Shown one piece after another: positions 1 to 12,300 of a stretch of 64,000 bases of DNA. Positions within the stretch are counted from its first letter, which is position 1; every line of letters starts with the position of its first letter. Origin of the DNA: Felis catus. Lineage: Eukaryota. The DNA lies in contig NC_058369.1 in assembly GCF_018350175.1 (NCBI RefSeq), positions 21,764,001 through 21,828,000 on the forward strand. Direction: 5' to 3'. The translations under genes were made by a program, and so were the position numbers. The notes beneath the pieces are model-generated. The model worked only from the letters and a program-made list of their open reading frames with translations. It was not told the origin of the DNA and made no database searches.

Positions 1-63
1 ACTGGCTGCATGCACATCAAATAAACACTTCAGGGATTATTCATTTTTTTCTCAAAACATAAA

Positions 64-69
64 TTTATT
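64..69 (-). terminator. TKT: TKT polyadenylation signal AATAAA
   Basis: TTTATT on + strand ~80 nt after the stop; GU/U-rich element downstream (TGTTTATTTGATGTG on minus). Confidence 0.85.
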
Positions 70-146
70 ACTCCTCTCACTACATCTTTGAGCACCTTTG
101 CCAGAATCTCGGGAATGTGTAGAACCCTTTGCACACTTTACCCTTA

Positions 147-322
147 CTAGGCCTTGGCGACGAGGTCCCTCACAGCTTGTGCAATGGCATCCCTGTCGAT
201 GCCAAACATCTTCAGCAGCTCAGCTGGCTTCCCACTTCTTGGTACCTCGCCAACGGCGAGGCGGGAGACAGTGATGCCAGGCTCACCCACTAAGGCGGAG
301 GACACTGCCTCACCTATGCCAC
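147..322 (-). CDS. TKT: TKT exon 14 coding part (176 nt incl. TAG)
   Basis: [60 protein letters not shown] followed by in-frame TAA. Confidence 0.97.
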
Positions 323-3300
323 CTGGGTAAAGGAAAGGAGGCGAGTCAGGTGACGTGGGCCTCAGGGTGAGCAGTGGGCACCTCCTCCCCGGCCCTCTGC
401 TAACCTGAGTTTATTCCTTTACCCAAGGATGACAGAGACCGCACACATACACCCTCCCCCAGGCCTGCGGCCAGAGCAGACATCACCAATCACTCACGAT
501 ACTTCTGTTTTATCATAGGCCCAAATGCAGCCTCTGTATCATTTTTAACACCATCCTCTGGGCAGCAGTTATAAACGAATGAGCATCTGGACTTGATCCC
601 AGAGACTAGGCCCATCTCTTCCCCTGGAGTGGAGCCTGTCCTGGAGGACACATGGAGTGTGCTAGTGAGGGGCTGCTGTGCACAGGACCGTACGAGACAG
701 AGATTCTGTGTTGCTTTCCCAGTGTGATCCCGTACAACAGCCTTAACGCCCAACTATGTCAGGGACACAGGCCACCTTTTCTACTCTTAGAGGCAAGGTC
801 AAGATCCTCACGGGCTCCCTGGGTGGCAGGGGCTCCAAGGAGCCATGCCAGCAGCTGCGTTTGCTGGGTCCCTGGCCAAGCCTGGGGCCCGTTAAGAGGC
901 CAAGTGCTAGCTGCTCCGTAGGACGGCTCTGGGTCTCCTGGGGCGGGGGACGGAGAGACGTCCAGCCCTCTGACTGTGGTCCTGTGGCCCTGGCCCTCCC
1001 CTGACCCGTCTGCCCCTGCCTCTCTAGCTCAGGCTCGTCACCTTCGTAGTAATGGTCCTCCACGGTGAGGATCCTCCCCTTGGTAGCTCGGGCGCTGCTG
1101 AGAATGAGATTCCTGTCCAGGGGCTTGATGGTGAAGGGGTCCAACACACGAATGTTGATCTTCTCTGTGAGGGGAGAAAACACAAGGGCGCGGTTTGAGC
1201 AGAATGTGCTGGATGCTGTGGGTGTGTCCTCTGATAGGTGGGGGCAGGCGGAGGTGTCTGAAGAGTTGCTGCACAGTTACAGGCCTGCATCCTCCGTCCC
1301 TCTGTTCCCTCCACCTGGCTAGTGTTTGCCAACCCTCAGTGGCTTGCCCTCTATCTCTGCTGATCTGTGATGCCCACATCCTCTGGGCCCATCCCGCACC
1401 CCCTGGTTTAGGAGCATCTGGTCTTGGGGAACAGAAGCGCCCCTCTCTCTTCCCTCATATCCTGGGTCAGGAGATCCCAGCCTTTGCACCACCAAAGAGT
1501 GCGGAGTGGCACGGCAGGGACCTGCACAGTTTTGCTTCATCCTCCCAGGTACCTTCGAAGATACAGGGAAAGCCAGAGGACAGCTCCAGGTGTCTGACGC
1601 GAGACAGGGCCGGAGCTCACGGGGTGCGGTGGCTGCAGGCCCAGGTGCCAGGTCAGGCGGGGACCCGGCAGAATGGCCTCAGAAGGACAAGTCTGTCCCG
1701 TGCCTGCTTCAAGTCTTCCCCCTGGGTCTCCATCCCTGACAGGGCTGGGCTGCCCCTGGCTTCTCTCCAGCAACTTGGAGCTCTGTACACACTGTTCCTT
1801 CTGCCTGGGCCTCTCTGCTTATCAGTTCCTACCCACATCTGAGGTCATTTTCCTAAGGACACCCACATCTGCCTTCTCCTTCCTGCTCAGCACGGCTACG
1901 ATGAGGCGTCTGTTGCGATTCTGTGGTGTGGGTGGGGGCTAATTCCCCTACTGTATCAGTAGCTAACATCTGTGAGGCTGCAGTGATAACAATGCTAGGT
2001 CACATTTATTAAATCCTCAGGACAGCCCCACCGGAAAAGTAATAGTATCTCTATTTTATGGATGGGGAAACTGAGGCATGGTGATGCTTAATAACCAGTG
2101 CCCCCACTAAGTGGCAATTCAGGCCTATTGGCAGGCTCTAGACCTCTGCTCTGACCCCCGTGCTGAGGCACCTCAAGTCCTGCCCTGTGGCCCTGGGCCT
2201 ATGGCCACTGCAGCCCCAGCGTTTAGCATCATGCTGGCCACATAGTCACAAGTGCTCAAAAGGTGGCTTTTATTACTACCATTTAATTCAAGGAGACTCA
2301 TTCTCACCCCCAAGACCTAGTACACCATCGGCACCCGACCTGGGACCTGCTGGGTCCCTCCCTCCTCACCTTTCTTCAGTAGGTCGGCAGCAGCCAAGGC
2401 CTCGTGCAGGGTCACCCCGGCCCCAATCACAGTCACCTGGTCATCCTTGCTCTTCAGGACCACCTGGGGAGGACATGGATGCCAATGAGGCTCAGGGATT
2501 GGTGGCCCGGGGTGAGCCCTGGCTTCGGGCATGCTTTGGGGATCTCACTGGGGCATGTATGGCACTGACCTTGGCTTGTTTGATTTGGAAATCCTCATTG
2601 CTGTTATAGATGATGGCGTTTTCTGGGCGACTGGTCCGGATGAAGCAGATACCCTGGAACAGAGCAGAATGACAAAGGATTATAGGATGCGGCACGGCCA
2701 ACCTCAGGGAGCGGATTCCTTCTAGAAAGGCCAGCCTTCCTCATTTGCAAATCTCCACCATGCTGTCCCCCCCTGGGTGTGTGACAAGCCACCTCATGCT
2801 GGCTGCCCCTCCAGTAGGAAAAGGGACTGTCGTTCCTCAACAGAGTGGACCTCTCCAGACACTCCTCCTGAGCGAGAGCAGCCCAGCAGCTTGGCCAGCC
2901 CCAGGCCCCAGACAGAAAATGGCTTTTCTTTCAGGTAGGCTGGTCTCTAAGTCGGGCTTTCCCCCAGAGGGCATCTGGCAAAGGAAGGGGACCCATGGGG
3001 GCACCCCGGTCTACGGCATTGTGGCTCTTGGTCAAAACCACGTTACTCAGCCCATTCTTTCGGTGTTGGAGAGCCCAGCTCAGGGGAGCAGACAGGCGTC
3101 AACGGCCCGATGGTGCAGGAGCTGCAGATTCTCAGCGAGGAGAGTACGGTGCTGGGTTAGCAATGTCTGCTATGTGGCAGGAAGGGGCATGTGTATTTTG
3201 TTTTTCCTGATCTAACCTCTACAAACTACAAACACCAGTGGCAAGGTCAGGAGACACCACTGTGGGGCAGTCAATGACCAGACCAGCTCTTGGCTGGCAT

Positions 3301-6300
3301 GCTGACACCACCCCCCCCCCCCATACTGGTCAAGAATAGCCACGTGACCGACCAGGCCCTGTGGGTGGCTCAGTCGGTTAAGTGTCTGACTTTGGCTCAG
3401 GTCGTGATCTCGTGGTTCGGTTCGTGGGTTTAAGACCTGCACCAGGCTCTCTGCTGTCAGCACGGAGCCCACTTCAGATCCTCTGTCCCACTTGCTCTCA
3501 AAAATAAACAAACATTAAAAAAAAAAAAAGAATAGCCATGTGACCAACCTTTGTATTGGCTGCTAATTCCACTGCCTTTTCCGTAGACACACCATCACTT
3601 GGGTAAAAGACGGTTGCAGTGGGGATTGACCGAAACATGGCCAGATCTTCCAGAGCCATCTGAGAGGGCCCGTCTTCCCCTGGGGTGTGGGAAAGGATAC
3701 AACTGAAATAAGCCCCCCACCCATGGAATGGAATCCTGGACCCCCAACCTCCTGATCTGAAAGTCTGGGGAAGTTACAGGTGCAAGCGTCCTGGCCCCGT
3801 TCAACTCACCGATGGACACACCACAGTGGGAGCCACAGAAATTGATGTTGCTCTCAGAGATGGCCGCCATGCGAATCTGGTCGAAGGCCCGTGTGAAGAA
3901 GGCCCCGAAAGCGCTGCAGAAGGGCACTGTCCGGTTGCGTGTGGCACAGCCCACGGCGACACTCACCTGGGAAGCAGGTAGGGGGGTGGTCAGTGTCGGC
4001 CCCAAAGATGGGGGAGAGGGTGGCCGGAGAGCCCAGAACGTCTCACCCCTCTTGAGGGTCGGAGGATTCAGTCATCCTAGTAAGTGAAGTCCCTTCTCCT
4101 CATGCAAGAGATCCCTGGGTACCCACAGATTCCACAGTCTGTCTCTGAACATCAAACTCCTTTGACTTGGAATAGCCACGTCAAAAATTCTCTTAAAATT
4201 ACTTTCCTGGGGATTTTTTTTCTAGCAAATAAGCAAGACCTTGCAGAGGGTAGGCTAATAAACTTGGACACAGATGTTCTTTCCTGGGGTTCTGCAAAAC
4301 CCCAGGCCCCATCTTCCTGGCCAACCCCCAGCCCTCTACAGACACCAGTCCTCCCCAACCCTCTTTATGCCTGAGGAAGTACTAGACCCAAATCCCTGCT
4401 TAGAAGCACCGAATGCAGGCAGTGGTTCCAAACTGGCTGCCTCCTGATGTGAGTCGTCCCTCCCCAGCCCCTGGACCCACGCCAGCCCACACACCCTGCC
4501 AGTTTGGTCTGGACCCTCCAGCTGCCCAGACTAGAAGCCTCAGAGACAGAACTTCAAGTTCAGTGGGAGAAAGAATTTTGGATAGGGTAGGGCCAGATGG
4601 CCTTCAGACAGAGGAAGCTCCCAGTCTCTGGGGGCTTGTAGGCCAGGCTGGGCAGTTTGGCCAGAGGACCAGGGCTGTTGGACCCATTATGTTCCAGCCT
4701 GTGACTGTGCCTGTCCTACCACCTGGAAGGCCCTTTACCCCAAGAGACAAGCCTTGCACGCCTTTCACCAGCACGTGTGGCCTCCACACCGCATTTCCTG
4801 CGTGTGACCGCAGTCTCACTCAGGTCCCGTCTGTACCCTCATCCGGGATATGTGCACCCGACGATCACGGGCACATCCCTCTCCCTTGCCACTACAGTAC
4901 TCAAGGTCAATGCCAGGTCTTGGCGGTTCCTGTGGTCTCTCTGGGATGGCCTCCAGGAGGCACCTAACACTGCCAACATAGCTGCCCCAGGGGAACAGGA
5001 GGACCTCAGCCCCAAGGCTGTGGCTGGCTCTGTGCCCGCCTGCCTACCCCAGCACCCACCATGTTCTGCTCAGCAATGTAGCACTCAATGAATCGGTCTG
5101 GGTGCTCCTTTTTGAAGATCTCTGAGAAGGTGGAATTCTTGGTATCCCCATCCAGGGCGATGATGCGGTCGTTGACGCGGCCCAGCTTCGCCAGGGCCTG
5201 TCCATAGGCCTTGCGGGTAGCTATCTGTGGGGGATAGAGCATGAGGGCTCTGAGCACCGGGATGGCCTGAAGCCTGGCTTGGCCTCAGCGGAGGGGCTGC
5301 AACTTTTAGGGAGGAAAAGGAGAACAATAGGGGCAGAAAAAGGAAGCCCGGCAACACCCAGTCCCATGGAAATTTAAGTTCTGTAAGGTTGCCAACGAGA
5401 ACTTCTACAGGTCTTGGAAGTGCCTGCAGCCTCTTGTCCTGAGCCCAGCTGTGAGCCCTCCAAGCTGCAGATGTTCTAACAGATCCCCCCACTCCTGTGG
5501 CAGAGGTCCATGAATCTACCCTACTCCACACAGGAATACACAGAGGGCCTGGGAGTCATAAAGCCTGGTAATGGTTCACACAGGGGAGGGCCCTGGAGCA
5601 GGACAGGCCTGCTGAGGCTCTGCTAGGCCACACACCAGAGGGTGGGGGGTGGGGGGGGAAGAGTCCTGAGCTCAGACCTAGGGACTCAGGGTGAAGGGCC
5701 AGGGATGGAGAGACACTCAGTGCTGTGGGCTTTGATCCCAGCACTACCAGTAGGTTGCTGTGTGACTGGGCAAGTCTCTTGTCCTCTCTGAGCCTGTGCA
5801 GGTAAATAGTTCCAGAGCTGGCAGTCCCCACGGAGGAAATGGCAGGACCAACACCTCAGGGTTCCTCCTCACCAGCAAATCCCTCTTCTCTCCCTTTCTG
5901 AGCCTCCCAGAGACACATCTCGGCCCCAGGCTCTGGAAACCAGAGAACGACGACTACGCCAGCCAGGCCAGAAAAGCAAGGCCCAACTCTGTACCTTGTC
6001 GCCAACTTTGTAGCTGGGTGGGCTGGGCATGCGGATGTTGGTGATGTCCACTAAGGGGGCATCCTCTTGTGGGGGAGTCACGAGGATCTTCTTCGTGCTC
6101 TGGATCTGGCTGCAGATTTCCTGGACAATCTGATCGGCCATGTTTTTGGGGAGGGGCTTCCCATGCCAAGCCTCCTTGTCCTCTATGCCTGTGGGTGCAA
6201 CAGAGGAGGGCAGAGGGCCCAGTAAGACAGTAGTTCCCGAGGGCCAGGAAACCGCTCCACCAGTTGAGGGCAGGCCAGGAGGCCTCCCTGGAGGAGAAAA

Positions 6301-9300
6301 TACAGGGCAGGAAGGTTGCTGCCCCAGTGAGGCAGAGCCCTGTGCTGGGAGCTACGGGGGTCAGGAAAAGAGGATCGTGGTGACCATGAGTCCACATGCC
6401 TAGTGCCCACCAAGTAGCCGGCAGTTCTCCAGGAGCCCACAGCCAACGGGGGAGGGGAGCATGCATGGGCCGCTGTACTGCCTCCCTACATGCAGGGAGG
6501 GATCTGTTGTAGAAACCTACTCAGTTTGTTGAATGGGTTGGTCAGGAGGAATGCTGCCCATGAGAGAGGCAAAGCTGAGGCCCAGAGCAGAGGGAGCACG
6601 GTCAAGGTCACCCAACACACTGGTGTGCAGCAGAATGGCACCCAGGCACGTTCCTCACCATGCTGCCTTGCTGTGTGAGGACCAGCAAGGCTTAAGAGCC
6701 CCCTCCTCTGAGGTCACTGCGGCCCAGGCAGAGCCAAGGACTGACCCTCCCACATAGCATGCAGCACCCCCACAGACCACCACCTGCCCCAGAAGCTTTG
6801 CGGTTTCCAGATCCCACTTGATGGTAACACCTGAGGCATCAGTGCCAGGCAGCAGCACTGGGGTGGGGAGGATCCCAAGGGTCTTCTCCTTGATGTCCAC
6901 CCCCCACCAGAAGGCTCCAGACCCACGCACCTTCTCCCACACAGCAGTACTTGTCCTCATTTCCCGAGTCCACGTGGGCAGGTGGGCTGCCACAGCACGT
7001 GGCACAGGGAAGCTGGCCCGAGGTCTACAGTTAGGCCCCATGTCCCTGGGCAAGTTCCCTGACCACTTCTAGCCATGTTTTCCCATGTCTACCATGGGCC
7101 AGGGCTGCCTCAGCCCGAGGGGTCTGGAGCCCCAGGAGCCTGAGTGCTGGGGAGGAGGCTTACACCTGCATCATGCTCTCAGGCCCAGCCAGGAACATCT
7201 TCCAGACCCTTCCAGGCCCTCTGCTCATACAGGACTCTGGACGCACTTTACCCGGTCTTCCCAGGTTCTCTGGGCCCTCTGCGCCAGCCCTTCCACTCAG
7301 GGCAGATGGCGAGAGCTGCCAAGGATGCCGTGCAGATGACAACCAGGAAGGGTGTGGGGGACTGTGTCACTCGTGAGTCCTCCTGCAGGCCCTCCTCTCC
7401 TCCTGCCCAACCTGGGCTTCAATCCTGGCTCAGCCACGCTGACCACCGAGTCACTTCTCAGAGCACAGCATCGCCTGACCCCCCTTCCCCAGCCAGGTGC
7501 ATGCGGTGTAAGGTGGCAAAGGGTCAGTACTACCCCAGACACAGGACCTCGGAGACCACCCCCACCTGTGGAAAGCCCTACTGCCTCCACTGGCCACAGG
7601 GCCTGGTCCCAGGGGTGGGGTGAGCGAGGCAGGGTGTGCAGACAGACCTGAGATCCCCCGGCCCTTGAAGGTCTTGGCGATGATGGCCGTCGGCTGGTGC
7701 TTGGCCTGGCCAAAGGCCTTGCACAGCTCCTCCACGCTGTGTCCATCCACGATGACGGTGTGCCAGCTGGGGACAGAGGAAGGAGAGTGAGCAGTGAGGG
7801 ACGGGGCCCACCCCCCGAGGGGCTGCCCTCACTCTGCTGCACAGCCATAGGCTGGGAAACACTGAAGAGTGTCAGGGGCGCCTGGGTGGCTCAGTCGATT
7901 GGGCATCCAACCCTTGATTTCAGCTCAGGTCATGACCCCTGGTTAGGGAGTTCGAGCTCCACATCAGGCTCTGCACCGACCTCCAGGGGCCTGCTACCGA
8001 TTGTCTCCTTATCTCTCTCTGCCCCTCCTCCACTTGCTCTTTCTCAAAAATAAACATTAAAAAAAGAAAAAAAAAAGACTGTGGACTTTCTGTTCCCACT
8101 TTTGGTTTCATTTTCTCTTTTTCTTTCTCCTTTGTACACATTCTTTTACGTCCTCTTATTTGCCTCTGAATAGATTTTCTTTCTCTTTCCTAAGTATTGC
8201 AAAGCTTGGTCCATTTATTTTCTCTTTCGTTTCTGATCTACTCGGTTCCCTGAAATCTACTCATTTCCTGAAAGCTGCATTGGGGACAATGCACTGGGTC
8301 TGGAATGTGTCTGCTGTTGGCCTTTTATTCAGGGAACACATCACTCCATAAATGCTGGATGTGGTGCTGGAAACACTTACAAAGTGAGCCAGGCTGACAA
8401 AGATAGAAGGGAAGAAGCCTGGGCAGGCCGAACTTTCTCTCTCAGGCCCTCATTTCTGGGACTCCAGTAGCAATCAACAGCAATCAAATTAGTAGCAATA
8501 AAATAGCAGCTAACGTGTCCGGAGTGCGCACTCTGTGGGTGCTCACTGAGCACCACACGTATGAACCCACTGCAGCCTCACCACAATCCCTTGGGCTGGG
8601 TACTGTTGTTTCCCCAATTTTTTTTTTTTTAATGTAAAGACTTTTTTTTTTAATGTTTATTATTTCTGAGAGATGGGGCGGGGGGAGGCAGAGAGAGGTG
8701 GGGACACAGAATCTGAAATAGCTCCAGGCTCTGAGCTGTCAGCACAGAGCCTGACGCATGGCTCCAACTCACAGATCACGAGATCATGACCTGAGCTGAA
8801 GTCAGACACTTAACCGACTGAGCCACCCAGGCACTCTGTTTCTCCCATTTTATAGACACATGAACTGAGGCACCGAGGATGGAACAAGCCTGCCTGCCCA
8901 AGTTCACAATGCAAGTTGTTGACACAACCAGGACTTGTGGACACAGGTTATGGACACAGACCCAGGGACACTGCCAGGGTTATGCTGCAAGTCCTCAGCC
9001 AACACGGCCTGAGGAGGCTCTAGAGACACTGGCGGCCCAGTGTCCTCCTCTGTCAGTCACCAGAGAGAACAACCTGTGGCTGCTATGTAACCACAGACTG
9101 CAATCCCACCTTTGACCTCTGCCAGGTAGACTCCTCTACAAGAGCGGCCCTGGAGGCCCTTGGCCCCTGGAACCCTGCACAGCCCCAGCCCAGGGCCTCC
9201 TCAGCAGAGGATGAGTGCGGGGGCCTGGGTTCCCTAGAGCCTCAACCACAGCACAGCTTTTATTTGGGTCAGGGGAGGGACACTGAGGTGAGGGCCCCCC

Positions 9301-12300
9301 TTGGCTAACACCCACCCAGATGGCCTCCCTGCTTGGGAGTACGTGACCCCAAATTCCCAACCATTCATGGCCCCTCGAGGAAATCTGAAAACCCCGTGTT
9401 TCCCACTTCACCAGGAGAGGGGGCCTGCTTCTGCCCTTCAGGCTGGCTAGGGCCACACACAGGTAGTGGCCACCGGACGGATGCTCAAACCCCTCGAGAA
9501 CAATCATGTCCCACAGCCTCACCAATAAAGGAACTCACTCACACTGGGCCTCAGCCCACAACTCCAGCTGGAGGCCTGGGTTGCTAGTTTAAGTCTGAAA
9601 TTTTGAGTCGAACGCTGAAAAACAGACACCTCCTTTAGATGGGGCTTGGCTCGCAGCTGACTCAGCCCCTGAACCTGAAAAGATTCCAGCTGGGATGGCT
9701 CCTTTGCCGTGAGCGTGCTCAGGCCACAGCCCTCCCTGTACTTACCCAAAGGCCTCGCAACGCTTCTGGTAGACGTCCACCTGGTGCTGCAGCGGGGTGG
9801 GGTCGCTCTGGCCCAGGCGGTTGATGTCAAGAATGGCAATCAGGTTGTCCAGCTTGTAGATGCTGGCGAAGGCCATGGCCTCCCACACAGAGCCCTCCGA
9901 CAGCTCCCCGTCTCCCATCATGCAGTAGACGCGGTAGCTGCAGAAAGGAAGTGGGTCAGAGGCTAACCCCTCATCTGGGGCCCCGTGCTCCCAGCCCGTC
10001 CCTCCTGGAGAGCTGTCCCCAGAGAAGGGCACAGCAGCCGCACAAGACATCCGACAGTGCCATCCGTCAGGTCCCTGCTGCCCAGCTGGGGCCACACCCA
10101 GGGCTCTGCTGAGTAAATGAACAGTTGGTGGGGTTACTCTCACTGGGGGCACGGGACTTGAGATACCTGCATGGGGTGGGTCTACTTCTCTCCACCTGCC
10201 CAGGAACTAGTAATGTTGGGGAGCCCTGGGGACTCGATCCCAGGGGCAGGATGGGGAGGCCGAGACATGGCACCAGGAGCATCCCAGGGCAATTTGTCAG
10301 GTGGGAGAAGGGTCACTAACAGGGGCATCTGAGGACCGGGATCACGGTGGGAACAGTGCATCCTAGGACGGGCTCTCCCTGAGGCTCCAAGGCTGCTTCT
10401 CACCCCAAGACTCACGCTAGGCCTAGCCCTTTCTCTGTCCTGGGGGCCTTGTCCTGAGTCCACAAGGCAACCATGATGGCTTCAAAGGCAGTGCTACCTG
10501 ACAAAAAGAGCACTGAACTTGGGGGCAATTTACCTAGTGAACAGAGCCTTCCTTAGATCCCAGGAGGGTGGAGCCAAGGGGATGAGGCTAGAGGAAGGGA
10601 CACCAGTTCAGAGACTCTGAGATGTGGGGGGACGGAGGTGGCTGAGGGGTAGCGGCCACAGGTGTTAGATCCAATGACCTCATCATCCACGGGCCTGTGT
10701 GTGGCACCTAGGGGTTCCCTGTACTGAGTAGCCCTGTCCTTGAGGTAAGTGTACTTGCTGTTCCCAAATCACACGGACAAGAAAACAGGCTCAAAAATCG
10801 AGGGTCTTGTCTAAAGATCACGTAGCTGGGGACCTTAGCCCACACTGTTCATTCCTTGCTGTCTAGGAACATACACAGAGGAAGCAGTGACAGGACATGG
10901 AGATCCTTCCCTTTCCTGGCCTGGGGTCCAGCTGTGTGGCCCCAGGGAGTGAGGCTCAGAGGGGACACAGCTGCCTGCTGCTGCAGCAGGCAAGCCCTGG
11001 AGTGGGCCGCAGCTGAACTGTTCTAGCTTCAGGGCCTCCGACTTCCAGGCCAAGGCAGGGGAGCTGGAAAAGAGGCGGGGACAGCCGGGGTGTGCTGTCA
11101 GCATGACTCAGCACTTCTGCAGGCCGCCAGGTCAGGGAGGGCTCCAGCATCCTCCCTCTGCCCATGCCTTCCCTTCTGTGGCCTCCAGCAGACCAGGCCG
11201 CTGGGTCCTGGGCCAAGAGCAGGAGTTTCAGGGCCCACATTCGAAAAGGCCTGTCTGAAGCTGTGTTCTGTCCCCACGCTGGTCTCCTGTCCCCTCTGCA
11301 GGCTGCAAGGGGGCCCAGAGATGCTGCAGGGGTCGCATCTGTTACAGAAGCTCCAGAAAGTGAGGAGCCTGATGGAGACTGGTAGGGAACCTGACTTCCC
11401 CAGGAGACTGCACGGAAGCACACTGGCTGCCTTCCCAAGGCCAAGCCCACTTCTAGGGAAGTCACACTGGGGCCAAGGGTGGAGCGTAGCCTCAGGCTCA
11501 GATCAGGAGGGCATGCTAAGGTCCTGAGGAGACACTTGGAAGCCCGTGAGCAGGAAAGGGGCCCCACAGAAGCTGGGGCTAACCCTGAGGCTCTGTACTG
11601 AAGTTGCTAGATTTGGAGAGGGGGCTGCAAATGCCCATGGTCGTGAACTACCCTGAAGAGAAGGAACCCTAAAGAGAGGCCTACCTTTGCTGCAGAGGTT
11701 ATCTGAAGAGCACCTCAAATGTCCAACAACAGGACTGCCTAACAGGTTTATATCCATAAAAGAGAACACTACGCAATCATTAAAACTAGCTCTCAGGGCA
11801 CCTGGGTGGCTCAGTTGGTTAAGCATCCGACTTCAGCTCAGGTCATGATCTCATGGCTTGTGGGTTCGAGCCCCGCGTCAGGCTCTGCGCTGACAGCTCA
11901 GAGCCTGGAGCCCACTTTGGATTCTGTGTCTCCTTTCCTTCTGCCCCTCCCCCGCTTGCGTTCTGTCTCTCTCTCAAAAATAATATAAACATTAAAAAAA
12001 AAAAAAAGCAAAAAACTAGCTCTTGACAGTTAAGGGAGAAATATTCACGATGCTTAGATTTTTCTAAAAAGCAGAATGTAAAATTGTATACATACTAAGA
12101 TTACAAATTTCTAAGTTTCTTCTCTCAATAACATGGAGGAAATATGGTACATTAAATGAGATTCAAATGGGAGGTAGCTGAGACTAGGAAAACGGTTCAT
12201 TTCTTTTTAATGCTGTTCCATATTTTTCACATGAGCTGTAACTGTACTCGACAACTCAAACAAAATTATTTAAAAGAGAAATGAAAGTGAGCCAACTTGA

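Noticed and set aside
144..149. TKT stop-codon readthrough
   Set aside because: TAG is followed immediately by in-frame TAA.
1195..1842. 215-aa ORF and other 130-200 aa ORFs in TKT introns
   Set aside because: Expected by chance in GC-rich introns; many start at non-ATG codons; no domains or splice support.
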